DNA of 64,000 bases, taken from positions 310,001 to 374,000 of the forward strand of contig JAQGDQ010000106.1 of NCBI GenBank assembly GCA_030141605.1. The letters run 5' to 3'. The position numbers and the translations under genes are program-made. Source of the stretch: Tubiluchus corallicola (lineage: Eukaryota > Animalia > Priapulida). The notes beneath the pieces were generated by a model. The model had not been told where the DNA came from. It saw only the letters and a program-made list of their open reading frames with translations, and searched no databases. Positions 39,201 through 52,122 of this stretch are shown piece by piece (position 1 is the first letter of the stretch; each line of letters starts with the position of its first letter).

Positions 39201-40526
39201 AAAATGAATACTGTGAACGACGTTGCATTCAATAATATTCCATAATAATAATACTCCATAAAATAAATATGGTGGTAAATTGCTAAAACTCAAGGTATCT
39301 CGTAACAATCTAACACAGATTATTTTCACATTTTTAAATTTGGGGTCAGTGCAATGTTTTGAGTGAAGAACAGTCAAAAAGACACTGTTTGCATTCAATA
39401 CTATTCATGTATGTATATAACTTGTATCTGAATAATAACAATAATAGTAATAATGCAAATTTTAGAAGCAATTTTTTCCTTTAGCTTTTTTAGAAGTTCC
39501 AAGTAAACTAAGCAGGGACTAATCAAAAGGAAGTCATTGATCTAGACTCATCAAAACATAAAAAAATGTCTAACAGTTCTGAAGGAAACAAACATAAACA
39601 ATTAAATATATAGGATTAATTAAGACCACAATCATAAGAAAATATGACTCTAACTAACTATAGGTTAAACAATGAAGGGAAAATTAAAAGAAATCATGTA
39701 ATAGGGTTTCATAAATTTCATAGTTACGTGTGCGAATACAGACCTTCACCACCTCTATGCTGGCTTGCCTGGAAGGAAAAATATATATATATATATACAT
39801 ACACACATATATATTTCATTTTTTGACATACATAAAAAAGGCAATTATTTATAAATATTTTAATTGATCAATCTATTCTACTTTATTCATTTATTTACAG
39901 TCATAACCACCTAATTCATACTTATGAAAACATGTTCACCAAGCATTGTTATAATAGAATTTTTCGTAAAAATATTATAATTTTTTCAAGTAACCTGAAA
40001 AACGAAAATATTTTAAATTTGTGATTTCAGTTTTTCCAAAGTATGCTCTACTTCAAATCTGACCATCTGATACTTCTTTAAGACACACAGTTAAGATAGC
40101 TTTGCCTAATTTTTTAAAGCTGATTCCAAGTTTGGTTAATAATTACATCAGTGGTTTGGAGTACACTTGGATTTACACTTTATGCACGCACATCCAAACC
40201 CTAGCTAACTTAAAAATAATGGAAACTCTGATGCAATTAATTCCGTACATACGCATAAGATATAATTGAACTAGCGATGATTAAGAAATCAGACAAAATT
40301 TACTGTAACAGCAATTTCTCATAATTTGTCTGAAGCTACAATTGATGATGATTAACAAGAAACAAAACAGTTTTAAATTAGTTAAAGAGGACTACTTAAA
40401 ATTGTAAAAATTCACGTACTTGCAAAGGCTAACAAAGTGTCCAATATTGAGTTTGCGAATCTTTTTTTCGCTCATCCAATATCCCAGACGACGCGACGGC
40501 ATTTCTGAAGCTGGTGTCAAGTTCAT
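24246..40526 (-). CDS. ITPK1: Inositol-tetrakisphosphate 1-kinase / inositol 1,3,4-trisphosphate 5/6-kinase (ATP-grasp fold); 10 coding exons, ~454 aa
   Basis: Exons on the minus strand in 5'->3' order: 40420-40526, 39744-39768, 37882-38007, 33167-33287, 32478-32570, 31193-31236, 30282-30441, 28132-28199, 25148-25313, 24246-24700 (1365 nt, GT-AG, phase-consistent). Motifs: LGYWMSEKKIRKLN, QGPFDVVLHKLSD, HPDTIVLDPLP, CKPLVAHGS..HEMSIIFN, PPCVAQTFVNHNALLYKVFVIG, LFGIDVIIE...YAVIDINTFPGYDGV. The start could instead be the second ATG at 40502. Confidence 0.93.
27227..27780. mobile_element. Kolobok-like MITE (TTAA TSD, purine-rich termini)
   Basis: TTAA|aggaagaccggacgattgt ... acaatcatccagttttcc|TTAA. 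The core is CpG-richer and includes the palindrome cgtgacgtcacg. Confidence 0.6.
29849..30182 (+). mobile_element. Probable solo LTR (Gypsy-like) in ITPK1 intron 7
   Basis: TGTTAC...GTTACA termini flanked by a 4-bp direct repeat GTAC (29845-29848, 30183-30186). Internal AATAAA at ~30055 is followed by a U5-like segment. Confidence 0.5.
33406..33460. repeat. (CT)n microsatellites
   Basis: Two ctctctctct tracts seen directly. Confidence 0.8.
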
Positions 40527-40654
40527 CTTATTGGGTTCAATAAAACTCAGTGCACTAATTCCAACTAACGACACCACTAATTTAATTTCATCAGATTTAG
40601 CACAAATATTCGATTAGGACAAGCTAAAACTTTTGCTAACTTTAATAAATGACA

Positions 40655-40715
40655 TGTTTACGGGCGGATGTTTCCGCCTTCGCCGTGCCGCATTAGCGCA
40701 AAAACGGTATGTTCA
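40655..40715 (-). promoter_or_regulatory. Candidate ITPK1 proximal promoter (CpG-rich patch with GC box and E2F-like site)
   Basis: cgggcggatgtttccgccttcgccgtgccgcattagcgcaaaaacgg lies ~130-190 bp upstream of the ATG in otherwise CpG-poor DNA. Confidence 0.4.
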
Positions 40716-41924
40716 TAATGTTGACAGCGCACGAGCTATTTTTCTTCGTCATCTTTTACCAGCAGAAGTATTTACAATTGCGTGCATCTAATGCAAGCAG
40801 CACTCTGATAATTGATTGGTACATAATTATGTGGCCACGACAACGAAATTGGTCACAAAACACTTGGCCATGCAATCAAAGTTCACTTGAGAATAATTTG
40901 ATATTCATAAAAAATTTAATAACTTGTAATTTTTGTTAAAAGCAACATTGATTTTACTAATGATGAAAGGAATCCATGGGCCATTCCATCCTACAAGTTA
41001 ATCAAGAAAGCATGTACCTGATAAACCAAAAGCTAATTTGAACCAACGAGGAACCTGACAAAATGATGTGATGTAGCTGGTTGGCAGGAAATCTGGTTGG
41101 CCATTGATATTCAGCTCAATGAAGCTGTGTATGTAGTAGTTGATTATACCTAGCTATACTTCTGAAAACGCAAGCCTGTTAGAGCCAAAGGTGCAAGGAG
41201 TTAATGGGATTGGATTACCAATTAAGACCCTGGTATCTTAAATGATCGAACAGCCTACAATTAAGTAGCACTGAATGAAGGGAATAAATGGCTCTCAAGG
41301 TATCACATGGTTTCAAGTAAAAATGGTCATGTTACTACCATTGTTGCTTTAATCTATGGCAATTATGCTCAGCACACAAAGGAAGATATTTGAGGAAGAT
41401 TTCTAAGGCGATATTGACTGTGTGACCAAAGCTACACTCCTACAATTAAGTTAAATACTCTCTCTATTGTCTTCATATGTAGTGTTGCTTATTTCATGTT
41501 ACCATCTAGTGCACTTTGCAGATCTCTGACCAAGAATATTACAAGCAGACTATTGTACGATAGCAATGGTGTACTGCTACTACTGGCATTTTATGCTGAA
41601 CATCATGCAACTATCTCCATTTGTTTGGTTCTTTGACGACCTCCTGGCAATTAATGCGCAAATCACTACATGCCTTTTTGTTGAATATGTTACTATCAGA
41701 ATCTCTGATATCTGTAATATAAAAGTCACCTGAGCTGTAGTAGGTGCAGCGACTTTTTTCTTATAAGACAGATGCCTTAGACAATTTGGCCACTACATCC
41801 CTTAGCGTTTAGGGCAGTCCAAAGTTAATCCCTGTAGTTGGCCAACTGAATTCAACATTTCTAATGTTAGATTGCTCACGCTATTGTGATTCTATTATAG
41901 TAATAATAAGAAATAATAATAATA

Positions 41925-42510
<586 letters not shown>

Positions 42511-42809
42511 GCCATAATAACAATATTTATTTAATGTCAGCCCTTGGATAAACAAGTAACATGAGCTTAAATAGCTATTAGCAGATTGTAAATAACAAAT
42601 CTAACTACACAATGGAGATTATTATTACTTCCCTAAATATTATGCTGGCAAGTAGGGCAGCATCTCTGGTATGACCTAGATGCAGCTCAAACTCATGACC
42701 TCCCAAACTCACCAACTCATTAGAGCACTAACTAACTAATTAATTTTTATAACCTTAAAGTCAGAATTATTATGAAAGATGGAACAAACTCACAATTAAT
42801 TAAATTTTT

Positions 42810-42925
42810 ATACCAGAATTGAAAGACAGAAAATGTGAAAAAGTTGAGATACAGTCTGTATTTGATCCAGGGACTTTCTGCTTAATACTTACAAGACAGA
42901 TGCTCTAGAACACTCGACCACTGTA
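42810..42925 (-). mobile_element. Degenerate tRNA-derived SINE-like copy
   Basis: Minus strand reads tggtcgagtgttctagagcatc...aagcagaaagtccctggatcaaatacagactgtatctcaactttttcacattttctgtctttcaattctggta, with A-box-like and B-box-like segments. Homologous to 43090-43195. Confidence 0.5.
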
Positions 42926-43089
42926 TAGGAGATAGTGTCACTGGCAGTTCAAAGTTTTCCCTATAATATTAATTAATCTATTAGAATCACTAATTTAAGC
43001 TGAGCGATCCTACATTGTCGAAAATATTGATCTCGGTTGACGCCAACTACAGGGATGAATTTTGGACTGGTTTGAATACTGGAAAATAA

Positions 43090-43195
43090 AGTGGCCGGGT
43101 GATCTATGGCCTAGCCTTGCAAGCAGAATGTCCCTGGTTCAAATTTTGGCTGTATCACAACCTTATAACATTTCCTGTCTTTTAAGTTTGGTAAT
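43090..43195 (+). mobile_element. Degenerate tRNA-derived SINE-like copy (inverted partner of 42810-42925)
   Basis: tggccgggtgatcta...aagcagaatgtccctggttcaaattttggctgtatcacaaccttataacatttcctgtcttttaagtttggta, with a B-box-like GGTTCAAAT. A third tail fragment lies at ~43410-43460. Confidence 0.5.
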
Positions 43196-43984
43196 TATAT
43201 GAATTTGTTTCATTATACAATTACACGTATTTTGGTGAAATTAATGATGAACATTTAAATCCCGTGTCCACGTTTGCTTACTATGGTAGCACCTTTGCCC
43301 AAGATTGCTGCAACTATTCGTGGCAAAATTGAATACTGCGGGCTAATGATCTAGTTAAGATGTCTATAGCTGCCTTGTAACAAAATGTGCATGGTTAAAA
43401 TTAATCCACTGTATGATCAACTTTTTCACATTATCTTCCTCTCTTTCAAGTTTGATATCAGAATTTAGCTAGTTGTGGGTTGTTTATCACCATTAAAAAT
43501 ATATTAACTCAAAAGTAAAAGTGTACTGGCCTGGCTATCGTCACATTGTAAAATTAATTGTAAATGGGATCGATGTAAGACTTGTTTTTTTAGATGTTAT
43601 GAAGATACACAGGAGCTAAATCTCATTTCCTGTGGCATCAACAGTTAACTATGAAGACGTAATCACAAATTCGAGTGTGTGGCGCCTAATTACTCGTCAT
43701 CACACGATGGCCTTTGAACAATAAGAGAAATGCCCTGCAGACGGAAAAGAAGCACGTACGTCATTCTTGTAATTTGATTTGAGCCATCTCACCAGACCAG
43801 GTGAGGATGTGTGGTACATGTGAATATCAATTGATGCCTTTCCATGACCGTCTCATGTACAGTCATATCTAAGTTCATTGCTAACTCTCCACTCTATCAT
43901 TAGCTCAGTATACTTTTCTCGTTCATTTCTTTGTGAGAGTATATTGGATAACCGATTATGGATCGTCATTTTGACGGATTGTGA

Positions 43985-44055
43985 CAGAGAGAGAGAGAGG
44001 GGGGAAGAGAGAGTGAGAACAAAGAGAGAGAGAGAGAGAAAACGAGAGCTAGAGA
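43985..44055. repeat. Imperfect (GA)n microsatellite
   Basis: agagagagagagagggggaagagagagtgagaacaaagagagagagagagag seen directly. Confidence 0.8.
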
Positions 44056-44599
44056 AAGTTTTTACTACAAAAGTAATTATAGAATAGTTATGAAAGTTTA
44101 ATCATGGAAGATGTGAACAAATTCCAGGCACCAATTTCCAGTGAAATTTTCAAGGTGTATTATGTTTTTACAAGCATCCCGTTCATGCATTTCTCCTCTT
44201 TCAAAGAGCGATTAATGAACAAAATCCGCAAAAAAAATTCCCTTACTGTTCCACTTGACTGGTAGTTTCCCATATTGCGGCTCTGTAAAAGCAAAAAGTA
44301 AACAATCCGCACTCCTTACATAAAAGGTTTCACGCAAAAAGATTTCAATGGAACATCTCTAATTCTGAAAGATACTGCATCTTGGAGATTAGCTGAGGAC
44401 CGAAACATTTAGCAAAAAAGGTAACGGTGTTATGTTCTGCGACGAATGAACACATTATATAAAATGATAAACAATCCATTGAATCCCGTTAGTCTTCTTC
44501 AGTTCTTTGAAATCTATTTACTAAGGGAGTGAGGATTTAAGATCTTATTTACTACAGTTTTTCTAGTTATTATGCGATCTATTTAATAAAATGAAAATT

Positions 44600-45451
44600 T
44601 CTCAATGGTTTGCTGTGGAATCTTTGCTGTGGAATTCATTACCAGACCAGTTAAAGTCCAGTAACTACAAAAAGTTAATTTCAAACTATAAAAAACAACT
44701 TATTGCAGGATACAAATAAATGAGACATTTTGCTTATATACTTGTAATACTATACATATTTTTTTCATTGCTACGACACTTAAAGATTTTGGTTAAGTTT
44801 TTGTTATATTTTGATTTCATTTTGTCTGATTTACAGTTGAAATAGTTTTTCGATGGTTTAATTTATTATATTTTCTTTCTCGACAAATTCAGTCATTGAT
44901 GTTATTATTACAACATTTCAGTTTTGTTTTTCTTATTTGCTTCTGTTTCTTGTTTTGTTTTGTATGATTTATATTTGCCTTATTTTTCCTTGGTTTAATC
45001 TATTATATTTTTTTCTCGACAGCTTTGGTTGATCATTCTACTGTTTTTTTTGTTTTGTTTTTTTGCCGGATTTTTTAGTTAATGCTCAAATTATGCATAT
45101 TCTGTTATCTTAAAAATCTCAAGTTATTTTTATTGTGTTTGCTTCGCATGATTCATAGTATTTTAGAATTGTAAATCTTTCGTTATTTAAACTATATGTT
45201 CTACAGTATTACGATACCTATCATTCAATTGCCAAATTAACACACATCAACCGAATACAAATTTAAATTGATAACGACGCCATAATTAAGTTTATTTAAT
45301 CATAACTATTTAAGGGTGGCTGACTTGATAACCTACGGGTTCTTCGCTGCCCTTCTCCTTTGCTTTAAAATATTCCATGTAGTCTTTATACTGTATTTTT
45401 ATCGTTCTAACGGAGATAATAAATAATTGAATTGAATTGAATTGAATTGAA
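44600..45451 (+). mobile_element. 5'-truncated L2/CR1-group (Crack/Daphne-like) LINE 3' end
   Basis: ORF2 C-terminal remnant LLWNSLPDQLKSSNYKKLISNYKKQLIAGYK* at ~44625-44720, then a T-rich 3' UTR. Terminal stem aagggtggc...gctgccctt, then ggagataataaa and an (ATTGA)5 tail. Same architecture as 1380-2540. Confidence 0.65.
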
Positions 45452-45504
45452 GTTTGCAGGAATTTGACGTGTGGGATTATTGTCCTAAAGTTGTCGAAAT
45501 TGGC

Positions 45505-45775
45505 ATTATCTTCTCGGAAAAAATTACCAAAAAAATTGTGGATCTGTGACAGCTATCCTTCAGTTTTTCTGTAATTAGTACAAAGGGCGATTTAGTTGAA
45601 TCTATTATTTGATTAACTCAGATGAACCTGTAGGTATGAGAAAATTATTTCGGTTAATCAAGCGTAACAAGTCTATCAGACAAAAGCCGTTAACTTTATA
45701 TATAATTATATAAAAACTGAAGGATAGCTGTCACAGATCCACAATTTTTTGGCAATTTTTTTTCCAAGAAGATAA
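45505..45775. repeat. Long inverted repeat / fold-back MITE (~65-bp arms)
   Basis: attatcttctcggaaaaaattaccaaaaaaattgtggatctgtgacagctatccttcagttttt pairs with aaaaactgaaggatagctgtcacagatccacaattttttggcaattttttttccaagaagataat. Confidence 0.85.
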
Positions 45776-46495
45776 TTACCTTTCACCTTTGATTACATTT
45801 GATGATCAGCGCAAAGCTATTAGCTTTTTGCCCATGGTTGCAATACTTAATTGTATATATAACGTTGTGGATCTGGTTAAACACTGTAACTGTTAATACT
45901 ATTCCGTTGTGGTGTATAGTCAGATGGGAGTCTTTAGTTCTCCGCCAATAAGGTCCATTCAGGCTGAAATGGGTCGTGTGTGTAAATTATACATATGTGT
46001 CTAAATATCGTGTGTGTCAAAAAGTCTTATGTCTAAAACCTCTAGTGTCTAATTAGTCAAATAACCTATGTGTCCAAAATTTATGTCAGAATAGCATGAG
46101 TCCAAAACCACTCTTACTATTCTGGACAGATCGAATGCCACTATCATAATGAATGATTAAAAATGTGCATACAATGTTCAGTAGCCTTTCTTCGAACTCA
46201 TAACCACAACGATAGAGACAAACAGGAATGCGGTAGAGAGAGAGGGTATTCCATACACAGTTCCACTCGCTAGTTAACAAGGGGATCTGGTACAAGTTTG
46301 CAGCCTTAGTGGCAAGGCTGGATAAAACTTTCCACAACAAACAACATATGTTAAGTGAGTAGTGAATTACATCTCTAACCTCAAACAAACCACAACTTAA
46401 TTGCAAAATAAGTGGACGTCATGGTCAAAAGATATGCCAAACTAAGAAGTTATCTCTCAGTAAACAAACATTATAGTTGCGAGCTGTGTGGCAAC

Positions 46496-46580
46496 TAGGG
46501 GTGAGCATCGAACATTGGAATCGAATTTCAACATTCAAAATCGATTCACACAAGTTTTTTTAATTCGACTCTAACCTAAA
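46496..46580. mobile_element. hAT-like MITE end fragment
   Basis: taggggtgagca-like terminus followed by TCGAAT/ATTCGA subterminal repeats. The same terminus recurs at ~47515. Confidence 0.35.
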
Positions 46581-47008
46581 ATTATGGATTCAAATAATTC
46601 ACCGTTTCAACTGTAATTCTGCTTTAAATTGCTTGAATCAGCATGCAATCAGTACAATTTAACTGCGATTTCGGTGTACACTTGTTAAACAAGTTATTAA
46701 TGTTTTTACTGCAGACCAAATTCAAGTAATATGTATGATCTTTGTGATACTGATTTTTATTATTGATTAATGTTTTCTGAAAGAGAATAGTGGCAAGTAC
46801 TCATCAAACTATTAAATGTAATTGGCTTGCAAGACTGTGGCAGATTTTAACAAATGTGTTCATTCAATATTGAGCCTAAACTTATTTGTTTTGATAGTTT
46901 GAATGTATGGGTAGCTAGCTACAGCATTGAAACTGCGTTTTGATCAAAGCTTTGACAGTTTTGCTTGCCATCTTCGACTTGTGTGACCACACTTTGACAT
47001 GAGCTACA

Positions 47009-50000
47009 ATGGAACAAGCATCAAATGCCATTGGCATCTATCATTCAATGTATATGTATGCAAAAGTTGTCATACGTTTCATCTACGTTGTCGCTAATAA
47101 CTTGTACTGCATTCCAACATACCTACTATGGATGCTGATACTGTTGCCTTTGAGATGGATCAAACCAGATCTTTACTGGAAGATTGAAGGCATTTTGTTT
47201 AGGTGGTTGCTGTTGATGGTGTGCATGTGGGGTCAAACAAATGGATATACAAGTAAGTAGATTGCAAAAATTGTATATATTTCATTTCCACTACTGCACT
47301 GCATTTATCATCGTAAAGAATGTTTTGATTTAAGCTTCTTGCAAATGCAGTGCAGTACATTAATCATCGTAAAGAATTTTTTGATTTAAGCTTCTTGCAA
47401 GTGTTTTTTGGGGTATTTTTTCCTAGTCTTTGATCAGCTCTCGCTGACTAGCTGCACAATAATGAAATGTGAAATGATTTTGTTCTGGATATCTTCTGAA
47501 CATTTGCTTGCTAGTAGGGGTGAGCAACCCAAAATCTCGGCAGCCCAGCTAGCAACGATCGAATTCGAATCAAATACGAATTCAGTATTAAAGATTTGAA
47601 ATCAGTAATAAAAATAGTAATGTGTGCAAGAAAATAAATTTAACTATGAATTAAGATTGTGCATGTAAGCCACTACATTACCACTATGATAATGATTGAT
47701 TTATGTTGCTAAAATGAATCACAGCAAAAATAGCTTGGTGCACTTAGCAGTCTAGTAAATCAACATCAAAAATAGCTTGGCACACTTTACAATCGGGTGA
47801 ATCTTGTTTTACTTTACTGTATCTAAGTGATATGTTTGAGATTTGTTGTTTTACATGTCTTGCAAATTGCCTTTGATGACTCAATAAACTTAAGTGACAC
47901 CTGCGCTATAGGTTAGGCATTTGCTTCTACAAGACTGGCTAACAATTAAGGCAAACTTTTTCAAAATTATTATGACTCACTTCGAATGCCGGCTATCCTT
48001 TCAGATAATGGCTGCCCTCAGTGTCCCACTATTTATTTTTAGCTCACAAAGATTGCTAAGCCTCTAGTGATAATTTGCTAGAAAAAAACAGACAGAAATT
48101 ATAGCTAAATTCTTGTGAGTGCATAATATTTCAAACACTTTAGTGTCAAGGAATTAATGTAATGGGAGCATTGATTTATTCAAATCCATAATTTTAGATT
48201 CGAATCGAATTTGAATGAGAAGATTTATTCGAATTGAATTCCCTCTTGTTACTGGGTTAATGTTTATGCATAAATAATATGTAATGTACATTATGTTTCT
48301 TTTTCACGAGTGGCTTTAAAACTAATAGATTTTATTTATTCAATAGCTTTTATAGATGGTTTTAAGTTTAGATGAGACGTTGCCTCTTCATTACTCATCC
48401 CAACCTTCTATATAATTTTAACTAAACATTTTCTGATGTTATGTAATTGCAAATTGTATAACGTCATCCATAGGCAAAAGAAATTTTATATGCTAGTGTT
48501 TATCTTAATTAAAATTGACAGGTGAATTAAATTATTTGCTATTGTTTTTCAGTCGAAGAAGTAGGAGAAGATATTAGTTCATGTTATAAAGAAGAGAGTC
48601 TGGTTATGGTCAACCATCAATCCACAGCCGATGTTCCCATTCTTTTCGCTTGTTTAACAGACAAGGCTGATGGATATGTTATTCAAAATGTCATGTGGAT
48701 AATGGATAGATTTTTCATGTATCTAAACTTTGGATGGGTGTCAGTTGTACACGGTGATTTCTTCATTAAGCAGGTATGTGCTGTGCATGTATTACAGATT
48801 AACTTATTATATGAATAATAGCATAATACATTTATCATCATGTCCTGTAAATTAACTATACTTTGTTTTATACTTTAGTTTGCATTGTATGTTGTGCTGT
48901 ACTTGCAAACTAGTGCTTGCAGAATTAAAGGAGCAGTTTTGATAATAAAATCAGTCATTATTTTTTGCAAACTCAATGAGAATGTGATTCTAAGTAACTG
49001 TGAAGTATTGCTTATAGCACTTTCAGATTAGAGGCTTGGAGAAGTTCTTTTTCCTTTCATTGTAGTAGTCACAACATGTGCTTGTGAATTTTAAGCGTTA
49101 ACAAACTTTGATAGTACTTGGATGAAGCAGAAAACATTTGGGCATTTCTGTCTACCTTACTACGTTCAACTGCCCTCATTTTGTTGAGCTGGAAGAGTAT
49201 CACTGATGTCAAAGCTAGGTTCCACAGCTGCAACTGTCATTCATATTGGTAGGCAGAACTTGTCATTGACTGCTGGATTATGGCATGCATAGTGATTGGA
49301 ATAGCCAGAAAAAAATAGGATTTTTGATATAAAAGACTTTTTATAGATGTTCTATAGTTAAACTTACAAACATTTGACGGTCTGGAGATGTTGTTATTTA
49401 CATGAAATGGGGCAAATTTGACGTATTTACCACATGGAAATTTGCAGTCAAATGACAGTTGGTTTGATAATAATATTAAATTAATATGAAGTTGTTGCTA
49501 AGATGTACTTATACATTGTTCTTATGTTTTAATATAAGCTATAAGTGCTGAAAACTTTATGGGACATGCCTGCATGTTAGTCTTACTTTATACATGTATT
49601 GATTACGATGAAAAAATATTATTGTATGCAGGGTAGAGAGATGAGGGAAAATCAACTGCAGTTGTTATCAGAGCATTTGGAGAATGTCTACAAACCAAGA
49701 AATCGCAAGTGGATTGTGGTCTTTCCTGAGGGAGGATTTTTAAGAAAACGCAGGACAACAAGCCAGAAGTACGTGGATTCTATTGCTTAACACATTCATA
49801 CATTTTGTCAAAATTAGTCACACTAATGCAAAAATAAGTCACAATGATGGGAATTTGAAAAAATTCCTAAACCTTAATTTGAACCTGGGACCTATCAAAT
49901 ACCTATTGCAACAATAAAATGATTTATCTATAAATATATAATAATATATGTATATATATTATCAGTTGTTAGTATGTAAGAAGACAAAATTTAGTTTTGC

Positions 50001-52122
50001 AAACTGTACTAATAGGGGAAGCTTGTTGAGGTAGCAGGAAATAGTATTAATTATAGTTGACAATATTGTACTTGCCTCATTTAAAATTATTTTTCAGATT
50101 TGCAAAAAAGAAGGATTTGCCACATTTGGAAAATGTGACATTGCCTCGAGTGGGTTGCTTCTCTACGACACTCGATCATCTCAACCCACAAGTTAACCAT
50201 AACAAGAATTTATCTGCAAAAGGAGAAGGTGAAACTAATAAAGGTAATAACTATAATAAAACACGAAAGTTTTACAAGAAAGCAGTTAACCTTCACAAAC
50301 ATACTTTATATTTATATACTTCAAAATGTCAGAAATGAATTTTTAGGTGTGTTCTTAAACAAAACTTTGCTAAGGCATGCTGCATGAAGCGTAATGTGGC
50401 CGTTCTGTAGTCTTGAAACTTCCTACTTCACGATATCGCATAACCCATTTAGTACACTTGTGTGCTAAGTCACTAATTGGGGCTAGCTAGATTTTTGGGC
50501 CAAAATTGATATTTGTTATTATTTAATAATGAAGCTTGTCATTCAGTTTCTCGTAGAACTTTGAGCTAAGTTAAATTTTTTCACAAAATGTAGAGGCAGG
50601 GGTGAGCTAGATGTGTAGTAAATATTTTTTTAAAAAGTGTGCATGGCTATGTCACGTGACACAAGCCATGTAACCTAATCTGGCTTTTGCAGTTTTCCAA
50701 GTTAATAATCTGTTTTAACACTTTCACTCATATCATATGACTAGGCCCCACCTACTTTTTAAAAAATACCAGTGCACATCTACCCCTACCGGGCTACTCA
50801 TATATAGAAAAACATGGGATCCTAGCACAATACTGTAAGAAGACTTGAGTGACAAAGATACATAGCCATGCACATTTTTAAAAAATATTTATTACACATC
50901 TATCCCACCCCCGCCTTTATAAATTGAAGCTAGCTCAAAGTTCCACCAGGAACTGAGTGACAAGCTTAATTATTAAATAATAGTGGCAGCCATTTTGAAA
51001 TCAAAAATGACAGCCAAAGATGTGCTTGAAAAAATGGCACCTATTGTTTTTTATTTCAGCATCTCCAAACTGACAAAACTGGCCACAAAAATCAATTTTG
51101 CACATAAATCAAGCTGGAATACTTAACAGCCTATACTAAGAGAGTTTTGTTATAATTGGAATGCAAACCTTTAAGAATGTGGACTCTTTGCTCAAGGGAG
51201 CTATCTCCAGAACATGATTATGATCTTTTGGGGCCCCTATGTTAACGAAATTGTGGAGGTCCCCTCAGGCAAGCCACCTGTCTCACTTGATTGCGTAAAC
51301 TTATCGACAAATCCTTAAATAAACTAGATAGCTATCTTTTGTTTGTCAGTAAAAATATCCTTTAAGAAATACGACTATTTTACTATTTATTGCAAACCAA
51401 ATTAGCACATATTGCAACACAACCTTCGTGAAAAATGGATGTTTTACCAAATGTTATCAAAGCTTGAGGGGCCCTAAGCTGCAGCCTATATTAGCCTAAG
51501 ATCATTTGACCTTGGGTAGCTCAATTGCTCTCAATAAGGGAACATGACCTCTTTGCGCTCCAGGCTCAAACAAATCATAATTACCATAAGCAAACTTAAA
51601 TCTTGATTATAAGGTAGAGAGCTTTCTTCTTCTTTTACATTTTTGTGTTTCTATGCAAACATGGTTACCATAATTTGCTGATACAAGCTGTTTTCGTTAA
51701 CAGGTAACACACCAGCAGCTCATGAAATCAAATGGATCATTGACGTCACTGTCGGTTATCCTGATGGTGGCAAACCCTTAGGTCTTGTCACACTTTGTCT
51801 TGGACAGCGTCCTTCCTGTAAGACGACCGTCTATTACCGTCGCTATCCAGTACATGATATCCCACGTGATACTGAGGGGCTGACAAACTGGATGTACGAC
51901 AGGTTCATCGAGAAGGAAAAGTTGCTGAGTCATTACTACAAGCATGGCGTGTTTCCGAGCCTTCCCTCACCGCATAGTCGACTGATGGACCTGCCCCATA
52001 TTGTACATTTCAATTATCGATTGTTGTTGACTCTACATTTGTTCTTTATATTATCGACTTATTTTCATTACTTGATGCTTAGGTGGCTTTCTAGTCAGGC
52101 ATGCGGTTTAGTGTGGGCGTAA
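47009..52122 (+). CDS. LPGAT1: Acyl-CoA:lysophosphatidylglycerol acyltransferase 1 (PlsC/AGPAT family); 5 coding exons, ~388 aa
   Basis: Exons 47009-47252, 48553-48773, 49632-49768, 50098-50243, 51704-52122 (1167 nt, phase-consistent). Catalytic HX4D motif NHQSTAD, plus VMWIMD, HGDFFIKQG, WIVVFPEGGFLRKR, VTLPRVG, KWIIDVTVGYP and W..DRF.EKE.LL. Confidence 0.9.
47515..48245. mobile_element. Degenerate hAT-like MITE in LPGAT1 intron 1
   Basis: Left end taggggtgagcaac...gatcgaattcgaatcaaatacgaattc and a right cluster gattcgaatcgaatttgaat...ttcgaattgaattccct. Right boundary uncertain. Confidence 0.35.
50480..51130. mobile_element. Fold-back element with ~140-bp imperfect inverted arms in LPGAT1 intron 4
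   Basis: 50515-50652 (tattatttaataatgaagcttgtcattcagtttctcgtagaactttgagcta...aaaaagtgtgcatggctatg) pairs with 50861-50982 (catagccatgcacattttt...tagctcaaagttccaccaggaactgagtgacaagcttaattattaaataata). Weaker outer arms at ~50480-50512 and ~51088-51120. Confidence 0.7.
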
